DNA of 63,785 nt, counting the filler, from Octopus bimaculoides (Eukaryota), in NCBI RefSeq assembly GCF_001194135.2. It is 8 parts of 8 records of this genome, joined end to end, with 100 filler letters (N's around TTAATTAATTAA, not from the genome) between each part and the next. Parts side by side here need not be neighbours in the genome. Positions count along the whole stretch, not along the records: positions 1 to 28,059 come from NC_068983.1; positions 28,160 to 31,604 come from NW_026318109.1; 6 more parts are not named here. One strand, 5' to 3'. The notes under the pieces are model-generated. The model saw only the letters and a program-made list of their open reading frames with translations. It ran no database searches and was not told the DNA's origin. This document shows, piece after piece, positions 15,166 to 29,343 of this stretch (positions are counted from its first letter, which is position 1; the number at the start of each line of letters is the position of its first letter). Made by a program: the position numbers and the translations under genes.

Positions 15166-15357
15166 TGCGTATGTGTCTGCATGTGCATGTGAGCGTGCGT
15201 GTATGTGTGTATTTTTGTGATACGTTTTCGGAACACTCAGTCCATATTTCTGTTCTGAGGTCCAACTTCAGCCGTCAAATTTTCTGCGTACCGAACCCTT
15301 TTTTGTGGCCTATTTTTTGGGTCACTTATGCTTAAATTTCACATGGCACACACTCAC

Positions 15358-15381
15358 CGTTGTCACGGCAGTCGCACAACT
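15358..15381 (-). CDS. Candidate 24-nt microexon (LCDCRDN or SCATAVTT)
   Basis: ccttgtctccttgacAG acceptor and G|GTGAGT donor on minus strand; frame-preserving. Confidence 0.15.
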
Positions 15382-15681
15382 CTGTCAAGGAGACAAGGAC
15401 CCAGGCCTTGGCATACATGCATGCATACAATCATTCGTCTTCTCATTCATCACTCTATATGTTCCAGTATACATGGATAAATATAACAGAGGGAAATATT
15501 TAACACAAAATTTTAAACGATACTACTTAGAAGTTATTGTCATTACTGATGGCGCATTTATGCATACCAACTAAAGCTAGGGAATATAACAGGTGATATC
15601 GCATACACATATATACACAAGGGAACATTTAGATACTGTATATATATATATATATATATCTGCATACATATATATACATAC

Positions 15682-15739
<58 letters not shown>

Positions 15740-16782
15740 NNNNNNNNNNNNNNNNNNNNNNNNNNNNNNNNNNNNNNNNNNNNNNNNNNNNNNNNNNNNN
15801 NNNNNNNNNNNNNNNNNNNNNNNNNNNNNATATATATATATATACATGCACCTGCATATAATTACCCACAAACCCGCGCACACACATATATTCACACTAA
15901 AAGACACAAACATAGGCGTACGCATATAATTTTATTTACATTGATTATCATCCTTCATGCAAATAACATATACAAGTATAGCTGCCATATTACTCATTAA
16001 ATTTTCTCACCTGACCGGCATTAAAGCTGTCGACATCTCGACGTCAATTACGATTTCATACGATCTGTTCATGATTATCGTAGTAGTGGTATAAAATATT
16101 TCTGCTTACATATCCCGTTGCTTTGATTGCGATTTTGCAGTTTGGATTCAGAAGTATAATTATACTGAAATATATATTTTTTCTATAATTTGCCTTCATT
16201 TGCAATTATTTGATTTGCATCTCCATAGTGTACTTACTAAATTTATTAATAATATTAATATCTTGCCTATGTTCCAAGCTATGTATCACTGTTTCAGCTG
16301 GATTCTATACTCGTCATAAGTAAATGATTGAAACAGTCATACTTTCACTGCTAACCACCAAGTAACATATATGTAGGCTTCAGTATTCTTAGTGCTTTAA
16401 TGTAAACGTTTCGCTATATATTGATGTCTATTTACATTCTATTTAGTCTGAAAATTTTGCAACCAACAGAGAATCGATAAAAAACCAATGTATTTGTTTT
16501 TCTCCGTATAAAATTACGTCCAGAAGCCCAGGCACAAACAAGTACATATGTGTGTGTGCGTATATAGTTTTATACATAACGATGCGTCTTGCCCAGCTCT
16601 TCGAAACGCCGGTGTTAAAACGGGGGTAGCTGATGAAGAAGAATATTCTCTATGTGGCTTGTGTGTTTTCTCGTCTACGTTTTGTTTGCAATGTCCTGTA
16701 CCCACATATGCACCTATACATACAGGTGGATGTCGGTATGCACATACCTGTACGTATATATGCATATACTCATTTAATATTT

Positions 16783-16820
<38 letters not shown>

Positions 16821-17130
16821 NNNNNNNNNNNNNNNNNNNNNNNNNNNNNNNNNNNNNNNNNNNNNNNNNNNNNNNNNNNNNNNNNNNNNNNNNNNNNNNN
16901 NNNNNNNNNNNNNNNNNNNNNNNNNNNNNNNNNNNNNNNNNNNNNNNNNNNNNNNNNNNNNNNNNNNNNNNNNNNNNNNNNNNNNNNNNNNNNNTACATT
17001 TAACATGGCTAATTCTTAATTGGCACACTCCTGTGAAAAATAAATTATATACATATATATTTGCATTACATAAAGCCCATTCTATCAATAATACCAGCCA
17101 ATGACTAGATTAGTAAACAATTATGATCTT

Positions 17131-17206
<76 letters not shown>

Positions 17207-17780
17207 AAATACCTAGAATCTATCACTGCGTATATTTATACATATAGAAATTATAGAAAATGCATGCTCAAAAAATATCACACATCGGGCATTATCTTGC
17301 TTTTGGCTTAGTGAAGGAAGAGCGTTGTAAACTTTGTAAGAAGTAGTAGTACAAAATTGAATATTTTGTTGCTGGTTTCACCAAGCTTGATTCTGAACCA
17401 TGAGGCCAATGATGAAAAGAACCTGAATCCTGAAAGTATTTTCTCTTTTGCTATAGTGCTATATAAGAACGCAAAATCTAATTTGCCGTATTCTTTTAAA
17501 AGGGTGAGAATATGTTCTTTATTTCTGGCAAAATTAAGCTATGTATGAAAGTATCCGCTGAAACTTCAGATGATAATAAAGTCTCAGAGCTTGTTCATAT
17601 TTGGCAAGAGTATAATCTCTGCCTTACAGAGAAACTTCGTGTCAGTCACCCTTTCTTTTTAATCATAAATACATTATGGAGTAATAAGTTCAATACGTTT
17701 CGGAGCTATTCAATCTATTTTGTCTGGATTAATGAGAATTAACTATTGAGATTATTGGCTAAGTATTACTGTACTATATA

Positions 17781-18008
17781 TTTTTTTCTACTCTAGGCAG
17801 AACGCCCGAAATTTTGGGGGAGGGAGCCAGTCGGTTACATCGACTCCAGGTCGCAAGTGGTACTTAATTTATCGACCCCGAAAAGATGAAAGGCAAAGTC
17901 GACCTCGGCGGAATTTGAGTTCAGAACGTAGCGACAGCGACAGACGAAATACTGCTAAGCATTTCGCCCGGCGTGCTAACGTTTCTGCCAGCTCTCCGCC
18001 TTATTAGC
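17781..18008 (-). mobile_element. Full-length tRNA-derived SINE with Meta-like domain, short A tail and 10-bp TSD
   Basis: Central gccgaggtcgactttgcctttcatcttttcggggtcgataaattaagtacc; TSD gtactatata at 17771-17780 and 18009-18018. Confidence 0.85.
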
Positions 18009-18329
18009 GTACTATATATATTGAATACGGTAGTGTTTAATATTAGTTGGTAAATAAGAATGAAAGCGCGGTTTGAACGTGATATTCTAGAATTAAAATT
18101 AAAATTACTATCACTTTCATAACACAACGATAGGTAAGTTCTCAAGCAAAATTCTAAAACACGAATTCAACGAATAATTTATACTTTTGGACTGCAATAT
18201 GCTTCTACTTTAACACACAAGTATATGAAGGCAAAAACAGCGTACATACGCACACATACACACATACTTACCCACGCACAAACACGTACGGACAAATGTA
18301 TACATATATACATATATACGCACATATTT

Positions 18330-18427
<98 letters not shown>

Positions 18428-19337
18428 TGCGTGCGTGCACGTATGTTTCAAACAAATCTTGCATATATTATATCCAATGTATACTGCAAAACATAAACAA
18501 CACAGGGAACAAAACGAATGTAGAAACGTTACACGTTACACTACAAGCACAACACTTGAAAACAAGGTTGCAGAGGACCCAAACAATGGAATTCAAAAGG
18601 CTCTTGCGAAAATACTCACATCAACGTTGACCTAATTAGATCGACACGTGACTTCGGACAGTAACTGGTGTGACTCAAAGGTCAACCGCGCAAGTCTACA
18701 AACGGATCAGATTGCAATTTCAAAACAACTCATCCAACTTCTCTCCGAATCCTAACTAACAAACAACTAACTCCAATCAGTTCGCTTCGAAACTAGCAAA
18801 ATGGACAGACTCCGAAGAAGGTGTAATGAAAATCGTATCGGGTTGCACCTGTAACTACCAGTAATCTGCGCAATTGAACCACATGTAGGCCATGAAGTCC
18901 ATAAAAATAAGGTGTATAGAATTGTAAAATAAGAGATAAGAGGAAATAAATTTTGAGGATGAAAAAGCCTACATGTTCTATATCCTTATAATTATTGCAT
19001 ATTGCATATAGACATACATACGCAAACATGTATATCCTCCAAGATTTCAGGTACTTGATTATGCAACTGTTTGTATGCGTAATGAGATCTAGTTATGTTT
19101 CCTCAAGCGATATACAAGTGTTATTTCCGTTAGTTTAAAATCTTCTATTTCAAGGCCAATTCAATTGTTGTGGTTTGAATTAATTAGCGGCTCGAATACA
19201 CATGGTGTGTGCTGTAAGTGCGCGTTTTTCGTGCTGCTATGGATGGTAGTGGATGGTACCATGTGGTATTGAAATCTTCTTCTATTTGGGTGTATCTCTG
19301 ATCTGTTGTTTATGGTCGGTTGCACATGTGTGTGTGC

Positions 19338-19393
<56 letters not shown>

Positions 19394-19654
19394 TTATAGT
19401 TTCACATACGAGCGTGCACAACGTCTGTGAATTTTAAGACAAGTCCTACAAACGGATATTCATGCGGAATATATGGTACACAGGCGACACGCTTTCATTT
19501 TTTAAGCATTAGTATGGTCGAATGTTGTTATTGGTCCATTTATGTCACGAAAGTGAAAATTAGGTCGGCCTCGAGAAGCTGTTAGTAAAGCACACTTCAT
19601 CTCTTAATTATTGAATTTTGAAATAATATGGACGGCTGTGGCAAGAGTTCATCG

Positions 19655-19712
19655 ACACTCTCTTTTACTCTTTTACTTCTTTCAGTCATTTAACTGTGGC
19701 CATGCTGGTGAT
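19655..19712 (-). mobile_element. 3'-terminal fragment of the abundant CORE-type SINE
   Basis: Matches 56538-56600 (tttactcttttact..cagtcattt.actgtggccatgctgg). Confidence 0.7.
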
Positions 19713-22700
19713 TGACATCAAGGAACTTTTCACTATGTGTGAATACTTAGCGGTAACAATATATAGCTGTGCATTTCGTTGGGCTTAAGAGTAATCTCAT
19801 CAAAATATAATACGAGAGTCGATAATAGGAGAGTCGATGATTTGAGATTTTTTTTAATACTATATAAGTAACAACCTCCACAGAATGCACAAAAACATAT
19901 GTTCTTTTAAACACTCAATTTCAAGGTTATCTTTTGTTTCCGAGACACCTAACTAGCACAAATTATTTTATTACCGGATATTCGTATCTCCATGGCTGCG
20001 ACCATTTTGCAAATGTCAAGATCAATCGACTTTTGTTTTCTAAAGGAATATTGATCTCCGAGTGCACCAAGATCCCTTGTACACTATCAGGCACACTTTT
20101 CTGATAGTATGCACAGGAACAACACTAGATTGATTCACTGCGAGAAAATATCAATAGGCGATACAATCAACATCCCTTTTCCTTTCGGTATGAGAGTATA
20201 GAATTCACACTATCCTGATACATTTGGAATATCATTGAAACAGTGCATCTTGGAATATCTTTGAAGCGGTTACCCCATATTCCAACTCAAGATGCAGATG
20301 GTGACGTTGCCTACATGAAGTGTCCAAGATATTATCATAATCTATGATACTCTTGAAATGAAAATTTAATTGTTATCTAAGTGTTGAAAGTAATAGTCTT
20401 TCATCTGCTTACGTGTCCAGTATCACGCGCACCCTATTCTAATTTCCGAATAATGATGCGTAAACCTCTCTTCGGGAGATCCGATAGTATCTTTCACCAC
20501 TTGATTTATCTTATTGAGAAGTAGTATCGTAGATAGCGAATATTAGGGACAGTTTCAACTGAAGAATTATGGAGGAATGACCATTCATAAAGCACTTCGA
20601 TACCACAACCTATTAACAGATTAATCATACTTATTTAACTCCACAGAAAGTATTGAGTGTGAAGTTATATAATTGACATTTCCGTCACTAAAATGAAGTT
20701 TAACAATTTATCCAGAAGCATTGAAATGAATTATACATACACTTCTGCTTGAAATTATGTTTGTATCTTTCATTTACTTTGATTGCGAGTTACATGGCAT
20801 TTACAACGAGAACAAGCAAGTGTATGAAAGTTGTATTAAGTAATAAAGAACATTATACCCGAACTGTACTGCGACAATTGTAGCAATGTATAATGCAGTG
20901 TTTCTCCTCGAAGGCTCACACGATCCCATGCAGTCGAATCTTTATAGTGTGATGCTTTATAAAATTGAAACATTTTTATACTTCTCCAATAAAGAAAGAA
21001 AAATTCTAAGGATGCGTTCTCTATGTTATCTTCACATTTACATGAGACTGGAGCACGAACAATTTGAATAATTTGGATTGATAATTAGTATAGGAAGGTA
21101 TAGGAAAGCTAAGAAAGGATTCTTGCTGTGCTTTACTTTCTACAAATTCATCACCTTTCATCATCACTCAACGTTAAACTCGATAGATGTGATTCTTTTA
21201 TTAAATTTTGTATCAACAAATCAAAACTTTCATTTACACTTGTAACCTGTAACATATTCTATAAAAGCAATGTAATTCTGTCATATAGTCTAGCTAGTGT
21301 AATTATATTTCATAGAGTCTAACCTTCTGAAAGCTGCTATTGGTATTGCTTATAGCCAAGTCAGCATTAACTGAAAACACTTATGATCAAAGACATTGCA
21401 GTCAAGACTATTAAACAACATTATCCAATGTAATATTTTCTAATTTAGTATATTGTAAATAAGGGAAATGCGGCACTATTTCCTGTAAGTCGATTGACAG
21501 TTACATAGATCTTTCATCTCCCCTGAAATCTATATTATCAGGCTGATTGTTTCAGTTCTTTAATATAACAAATTACTTGTATGTTTTACAGCAATGAGGC
21601 GGAGTTATAGCTGTTACTTTATCCCAGTGCAGCTAGGAACTTATGATCAATTATGCCAGGCTACCATTCATTTTTCAGTGTATTTATCTTGGAGCGCGTC
21701 ATATGATGTGTTTGTTTGCTTTAAAAGACGGTACACTTTAATTTGGTTGCGATTACTAGCAAGTCATTTCACAAAAGCGCACAGATTCCCTTGTGTTGTT
21801 AAACCTCCAGGAAGTTACACTTTATGATTTAAGTGTTATGCCTGTCGGCCCCTTGATTCCTTTGATTACCCTGAATATACATATTGCAATTTTATGTTTT
21901 TGTATCCGTTAAGCGTATACTTCCTCTAAATGGAATTATTTTCGTTAAGTAGCTGAAGTTATTCTTGTTATTGTCTGACATGATGCAAGGAAATTTCCTT
22001 TCAGCTATTTTTTCCCTTAATCCTAATTTGATTTCAAGCCAAGCCTTAATACTATTTTCAACACTTTCTATTTTAGATTCGGTTCAATTTCATTTTTTAT
22101 ACATTTTGTTTATGCGACTGTAGAAAGAAAAAGAACTTTCTTGTCAATGCTAATATATTTCGCTTTTAACAGTTATGTAGAAAATCTACTTTAGAAAGCA
22201 AAAACCGACATTTCCGAATAGCCATGTTTACGGTAATTTAAATAGAAATAGCAGAAGAAATGCCCATAGAATATATAAAATGTATAGTTTAAAATGTAGA
22301 TTATGACATAAACAATTCAAGCTACTGATGTTTTCGTATCACTCCATCTTTAAATCACGTCAGAAATAGGATGTTTTGCTGCCTTAGTCTTGAATGAATA
22401 TGCATGCGTAATATTTTCCCGACTTCTTGCAATAGGTAGACGCACACACACATAAATATACATATATGCACAGACGCATGCTCACATCCACAAACGCGTG
22501 CGCAGACGGACATACGCTCAAACATTTATATTTCGAAACTTCTGCTTTTACATTCATCTAGGAATACCGTGAATAATATTTTGATAATTTGTATTTTGAA
22601 GCATTTCTTCATAAAAAAAAAGCGCGATAAAACATGAAATGATGACATTTAACTCAAAGGAAAATATATAGCCTACCACAGAGTTCCAACTTTATATTTA

Positions 22701-24660
22701 AATATAGTAACAAGGATTTATACGTAATACATAATGTTTCTTTTCTTATTGTTTAAACGATATATTTAGTGGAAATATTTAGCTCATTATACCAAGAATG
22801 CAGCTTTTTTTAATACATGAAGTCTATGGAAATTATAGAATGTAATATTACATAAATGTTTCTTAATACTGATACCAATCGATTGACGCATATGCTTTAA
22901 TTCCACAAAATATTTTTAATGTTTCAGTTGTGTGTACTATAAATGAAAACACTGATGATAATCAGTGTACACCAGGCTGAAAGAAAGAAAGAGAGCTTTA
23001 GTTTTCAACAATGCCGGAGATATTTATTCTGTAGATTCTTTCCCTCAATATATGATATTTACTTTACTTTTCACCATCCGACTATGTTAAACCTCTCGGA
23101 AATAGTTACCTATGTATTCATAAGATTACAAAATGATACATATTTTCGGAAATTTTCATTTTCGTATATGTGGAGAGGCAGAGAAGTAAGTCATCAAATC
23201 TATCTGAAACAACCATTATGATAAATTCTGCAGACGTTAGATATTAATGCCGATCCATTTTGTTGCTGCTAATATCATTAATGCTTTCTTTCGCAGTTTT
23301 GATGTATAGATTTAATGCTAATACAGTATAAGATAAATCTATCAGTATATATCCACTAAAGAAACAAAAATACTTTTCTCTCCAGCCGCGACTGTAAAAT
23401 CCACAGGATATATCTAGTTGTGTTGTTGTACTGAATATAAAATATTCTTGCTGTGATCTTAGCAAGATTAAAATAGTGCTATACGAGATAATGACAGCTT
23501 AATGAAAACACAGATCTATTTTGATTTTGTTCTTATGCTTAGTAGAACCTGTCATTTAGGAGCATTGCTATTTTTAGATCGTCAATTTAAACCAATGATT
23601 GTAAGTCTTGCGTAAATATGCATGACTGTTTCTTAGGAATTCTGCTTGTTAATCACTGTCAGGTAAAGTTTTAGAAAATAAGCAGTATAAGATATCTTTA
23701 ATGCACTCTTCTAAAATTATGTACGTTAAATATGATATTTGAAATCTATTTATTTTGAATAAATGATATATTTAATGACATAGGGATGAATAACTCAGAG
23801 AAAAAAAAATCATTAAAGGATTTAATTATAACAATTAAATTCCAGTTGTTCTATTTATGGTTCCTTTCAAAGTAAACCTAGAATATGTATATTTACAGAA
23901 AAAAACAAACAAATGCTTACATATTGATGCTCGATCAAAAATGAAATATCTTCTTTTGAGAACATTTTGTTCTTTTATTCTAAAATAATCATCTTTCAAT
24001 GAAAGAGAGCCAAAATAACATTAACATTCTTGATGCTATCCGTTGGGATATAAATTTGAATATATTAAAGTAGAAATAACAGATATTTTGTCATTTGAAA
24101 GCTAGATTTAATGTTTTCTGAACTTTCGTACTCTAACTAAAGACGAATATATTTTCAGTCAATTATTGTGGCTCACATTAACTAGGTCAGTACCAACAGT
24201 TGAGAAACTTGAAATGTATTCAGTCAAAATATTTTAATTTTAAAATTTCACAGTCTGCAAACAGAAAAGTTAGTAATGCGGCGTGAAACTGATGAACAAC
24301 ACGCTATATAAGTGTACATACAATACCTACCTAATAGATGTAACATTTTAAGAAGCTCTTCTCGTTAATCATATCAGTGAATCTAATGGCGACAACATAA
24401 TTTCCAGTTTATATTGCCACATCTATTTTCGTGCTCAGACATTATCTTGGGATAATTTGTTATGGCAAACTCAAAAGTTGAACTCTAAATAACCAGTATT
24501 TTAATTAACTATGAACGAAAGCAGATGTCTACCTGGTGAATTTTGTATTTAACGTCATTTCAAACTTTTTCATTTTAATTTGCAAGAATATCTTAAGGAC
24601 TACAATTACAAATATTAATAATTCAAAGATTTTCCTAAATAGTTTTTATGTTCTCTGTAG

Positions 24661-24836
24661 TTGTGAGGAATCACAAACAGTTTCCCGACTTCCTACCCCT
24701 GACCCAGTACAATACCCAGGATGTGACTGTTGTAGGGCAACATTTGAGCAGACATGAGAAGCTTAGAAGTGCGCTTCTTAACAATACAACCCATCACTCC
24801 GTTCAGGCTATCGAAACTCCTGTCCATGAGACTTAA
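24661..24836 (+). CDS. Candidate terminal coding exon, gene unknown
   Basis: Strong ttttatgttctctgtAG acceptor; GC-richer than flanks; two open frames (VRNHKQFPDFLPLTQY...PVHET* or CEESQTVSRLPTPDPVQYPGCDCCRATFEQT*); AATAAA downstream. Confidence 0.3.
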
Positions 24837-27702
24837 CCTTTAATGAATACCACTTACAGAAAATTAAAGATGTTACTGACAAAAACTCATAGGTTGAAGA
24901 ATAGCCCTATAAACGGGTATTGTATTTTTAAAGCTTTCAAAGAAGAGATATGTAACCGGCTGGCTTCCATGTTTCTGGGAATTTTCAAGCAAATTCAACT
25001 ATACACATTCTTATATCACGCTGCTCGTATACATTCTTGAATATAATTTACAAATCATACGAAAGAATCTTTTAATTCAATGTATTATATTCAAATTAAA
25101 GTGTCTAATGTGACCAATGTGTATATATCTATTAGCCTTGGAGGTTTTGTGTCACTTTTCTATTTACTTCTGATATATTTTATTCAAATGATCGAACTGT
25201 ACACATCTCTATATCATGGTGGATATATATCTATTATTCAAATGTATTATAAGTAAAAATTGTTATTGAATATAGTGCACTTTTAATATTAAAAGTAAAT
25301 AGAAAATATGAAAAAAAAAATAATCCTTGTATGTTAAATTTAATTTGAAAACATGCAATACTGTTATATGGTGACTGAATCTGAATAAATAGGAACAAAA
25401 TATTTGAATCTGAATAGTGTGAATATCTTTCTAATACATTTAATTCAAATTTATATACAAAATATTGCGAGTAAAAAAAACAAAAAAAAACAAATAATAA
25501 ATGAACTTTGTGAGCTATGTTTAGCTGTAACAATAAACATATGCATTCACAAACAGGAAGTTACTTGGCTTCTGGAAATGAAATTGATAAATGTTCTAAT
25601 AAATCGACATGAATAGCAAACTTTTGTTACTGCTTCTGTCAATGAGTGAGGCATTACATTGCAACTGCCACTCTCTTTCATTGCAGTAAATAAAATCGAT
25701 TTGAGAGATTAGATCTGAGATTAGACACATATAAATATAGATGCAATGAGTATGGATAAGCTTAGTTCTTCTAAAATATTGTTTGCGTTATATGGGAAGA
25801 TTAACAACTTCTAATCTAAGTTGTAGCCGTGATATTTAAATATATTTTTAAAGTATTTTTCAGAAATATAATTCAGAAGCTATTTAAAAAAAAAAAACTA
25901 GTTAGTAATAACTTCTGTCATAGTAGACGGTCACAAGTCCATTTGAGTGGAATAATCATTTTTTACAAAACTGAAATTTGATTAATGTAATTTTATCGGT
26001 AAATATAACTTTAAATTCAATTTATATTCAATCTATACTATTTTCTCATCCCTTATTTAGAAGTAGAAAAAGTAATATTTTCTACTTTTGTACACCAATA
26101 AAGCAATTATAAGGGCGCATTTATTATTAGCAGGGCTTCAAGCAATATGAAGTATAATTGCAATAATATAATAATGAAATTAAAGTGGATAATATCAATC
26201 GATATTTCTACACCTGTAGTAAGTTTATATGATGAAAACACGTGAATGTAATACAATAATTTTAATTTTATTTTTGTATTATAAGTATCTTTTCGCGTGC
26301 AACATTTATATTTTGATTATATCCATTGTACGAGTAATCCGGACGTAACTAAAGTCTATTTGCTTTAAGAAATTGTACTAGATCATAAACGGTAAACAAA
26401 ATATAAAATGCTAAACATTTATGGATGGCGTCAATATAGCTTCAAGAAACTGTACAAATTTAGCAGAAGAGATTTGTTATACGGTGTACAGCAAATTGAT
26501 TTACATTCTAATTGAAATCTTTGAAGAGGAAACTGATAAAATATCAAATACTATTTGATATCTAGTTTCACTAAAGTTTTTGATTATCGATAAATATATC
26601 TATCATTTAACACCCAAATAATTCTGTCCAGTGTAACTTCATTGTCATATATCAAATATAGCAATCATGATTCTGACGAATATCGAAAATAAATAACTCA
26701 TTTTTTACCTACTGCTTCAAAATAATACTATTTGCGCGTTGGAACAAAAGTATGTTATAGCTGGATATATTTTTCAATTTTCCTTTCTGTAACACAGTAA
26801 GCAAGAGAAAGCAGAGCACACACAACTGTTCTATTCTTCTCTATTTCCGAGTAAATGTATTTCGAAATTCGATGAGGTGTTGCGAAAGGTTTTCCTGCTT
26901 ACGCATGAAAAAACGCCAAATATAAAATAACTTAAAAGCACAAATAGCTTCTGCACATTATACTTTTCTGATAGATATTGACAATGTAAGACAAGTGAAT
27001 TAACCTAAAATGCCACTGAATGTATTTAGTTACAGTGAAAAAAGCCCCAAAAGAATGTATAGGTGCAAGCAGGACGCTGATGTACTTTAAATGGAGACAG
27101 GAAGTGTGCGCAAGTAAAAAGAAAACTCAAAGAACGTTTATCAGAATATATAAAAGTAGGATGTATTTATAGGGGCAAAATTAAGGTTTAGTGTAAAACC
27201 GGAAATCGTTCACATTTACAGACGAAAGAGAAATTTGTATTACATTGACAAAAAAAAAACCCCTACAAATGTTAACGACGTATTAAATAGATTTGTTGAA
27301 TTACATTAGAGAAAGTAATTAATTATTGTGTGGACAGAGAGAATAAAATATATTTCTAAACTGATAATGTAATCATGCTAGAGAAGGAGAAAATATTAGA
27401 CAAAAGGTACATATTTTAAACGGAAGCTTTTACTGAAAACAAACCTACTCGGAAAATTGTGTTAGTTTTATCTATACTATATATAAAACAGAGATGTGTG
27501 TGTAATCGCTTATCACGTGAAAACGGCTTCAACATTTACTTCCATACTTGTGATGCATGAATCATTTGACCTCGGATAAATCTTAGGCTCTTCATTTGAT
27601 TTTTTTTATTAAGATAAATAATATTGCATTATATTTAAGATTCAGTTCTTTAAAAAGTTTCCTCAATGTCAACTTCTGGTAGCCATAGTTTTTTCTTCAC
27701 CT

Positions 27703-28044
27703 TAACTTCAATTGTTACTGTTCGCACTAAAAGTTTAATCACATTTACTGATGTAAGTAATTTCATAATTTACTAACAGAAGTACGGCTTTGTGTTGCTG
27801 TTTGGTTCACTGAGTGACAAATTTCGATTCAACATCACTTTAACTTCAATCGTTACTGTTCTCAATAAAAGTTTACGTTTTCATTCGCTAACAAGTTCAC
27901 ATTTACTAATGTAAGTAATTTCATCATTTACTAACAGAAATACGGTTTTGAGTTTCCCTGTTGCTGAGGGTTTTTTTTCTGGTACCTTCGATACTGGCTC
28001 TTTGTTTCACTGAGTGACAAATTTCGCTTCAACATCACTTTAAC
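27703..28044. repeat. Two-unit tandem repeat (138 and about 200 bp units) next to a gap
   Basis: Units start taacttcaat at 27703 and 27841 and differ by two indels. Confidence 0.85.
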
Positions 28045-28159
28045 GGCATAACTACAGCCNNNNNNNNNNNNNNNNNNNNNNNNNNNNNNNNNNNNNNNNN
28101 NNNTTAATTAATTAANNNNNNNNNNNNNNNNNNNNNNNNNNNNNNNNNNNNNNNNNNNN

Positions 28160-28411
28160 CGTAGAAGAAAAACGATGACGTGGATGATGATGATGATTGT
28201 GGTGATGCTGATGGTGGTGATGATGGTGATGAGGATGGTGTTGGTGGTAATGATGATGGTGGTAGCGGTGATGATGATGATGACGATGGTGGTGGTGGTG
28301 GTGGTGGCGAGGACGAGTGTGGTGGTGGTAGATGTGATGATGATGATGATGATGATGATTATGATGATGGTGGTGATGATGGTGATGGTGATAGCAGTGT
28401 TGTCGTTGTCG

Positions 28412-28455
<44 letters not shown>

Positions 28456-28745
28456 GAATGTGGTGGTTGGAGTGGTGTGAAGGATGGTGCCAACAGTGAC
28501 GCTCGTAGAAGAAAAACGACAACGTGGATGATGATGATGATTGTGGTGATGCTGATGGTGGTGTGGTGATGGTGATGATGATGATGATGATGATGATGAT
28601 TATGATGATGATGATGGTGATGGTGATGGTGGTTGTGGTGGTGGTGATAGCAGCGTTGTTGCTGCTGTGATAGTGATTGTGATGACGATGACGATGATGA
28701 TGATGATGGTGGTGGTGGAGGTGGTGGTGGTGGTGACTGTAATGA
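28160..28745. repeat. Compound (GAT/GGT/GTT)n trinucleotide tract with about 345-bp higher-order unit
   Basis: Anchor cgtagaagaaaaacga..cgtggatgatg at 28160 and 28505. Confidence 0.85.
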
Positions 28746-29152
28746 TCATAAGATCATGTTGATAATGCCAGAAGTAAGGCTCCTGGTAGTCGTTCGTCGT
28801 TCGTTCTTTCGTTGCTATAGAGATTGTTATTTTTTTTATATTAGTCGCTCACAAATCTGGTAGAATTTCAATCACCATTTTGAATACTGGTANNNNNNNN
28901 NNNNNNNNNNNNNNNNNNNNNNNNNNNNNNNNNNNNNNNNNNNNNNNNNNNNNNNNNNNNNNNNNNNNNNNNNNNNNNNNNNNNNNNNNNNNNNNNNNNN
29001 NNNNNNNNNNNNNNNNNNNNNNNNNNNNNNNNNNNNNNNNNNNNNNNNNNNNNNNNNNNNNNNNNNNNNNNNNNNNNNNNNNNNNNNNNNNNNNNNNNNN
29101 NNNNNNNNNNNNNNNNNNNNNNNNNNNNGTATGTATGTATATATATATATAT

Positions 29153-29227
<75 letters not shown>

Positions 29228-29343
29228 TACACATACATATATATCATATATATATATATATATATATTATATTTATATGTAGATATATAAATGCATATAC
29301 GTATCCATATACAGATGATGATAATGATGATGATGACGACGAC

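Noticed and set aside
16595-16650. GAAAC-GCCG-GTG ... CTGATGA on the plus strand (type II hammerhead-like order)
   Set aside because: Position 17 is G (non-cleavable), stem I is weak and stem II needs a register shift.
18620-18695. Minus-strand segment with AG and GTGAGT splice signals
   Set aside because: Stop codons in all three frames.
18781-18864. Possible terminal exon FASKLAKWTDSEEGVMKIVSGCTCNYQ* resembling a cystine-knot end
   Set aside because: Only a CxC motif in 27 aa with no supporting upstream cysteine exons; too weak to call.
28104-28115. TTAATTAATTAA between N-runs (also near 31649, 34153, 37571, 59220, 61193, 62519)
   Set aside because: Identical 12-mer centred in fixed N padding with stops in all frames: an assembly gap linker, not biology.
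28112-28569. His/Gln-rich and Asp/Gly/Val-rich ORFs
   Set aside because: Translations of trinucleotide microsatellites, open in several frames on both strands.
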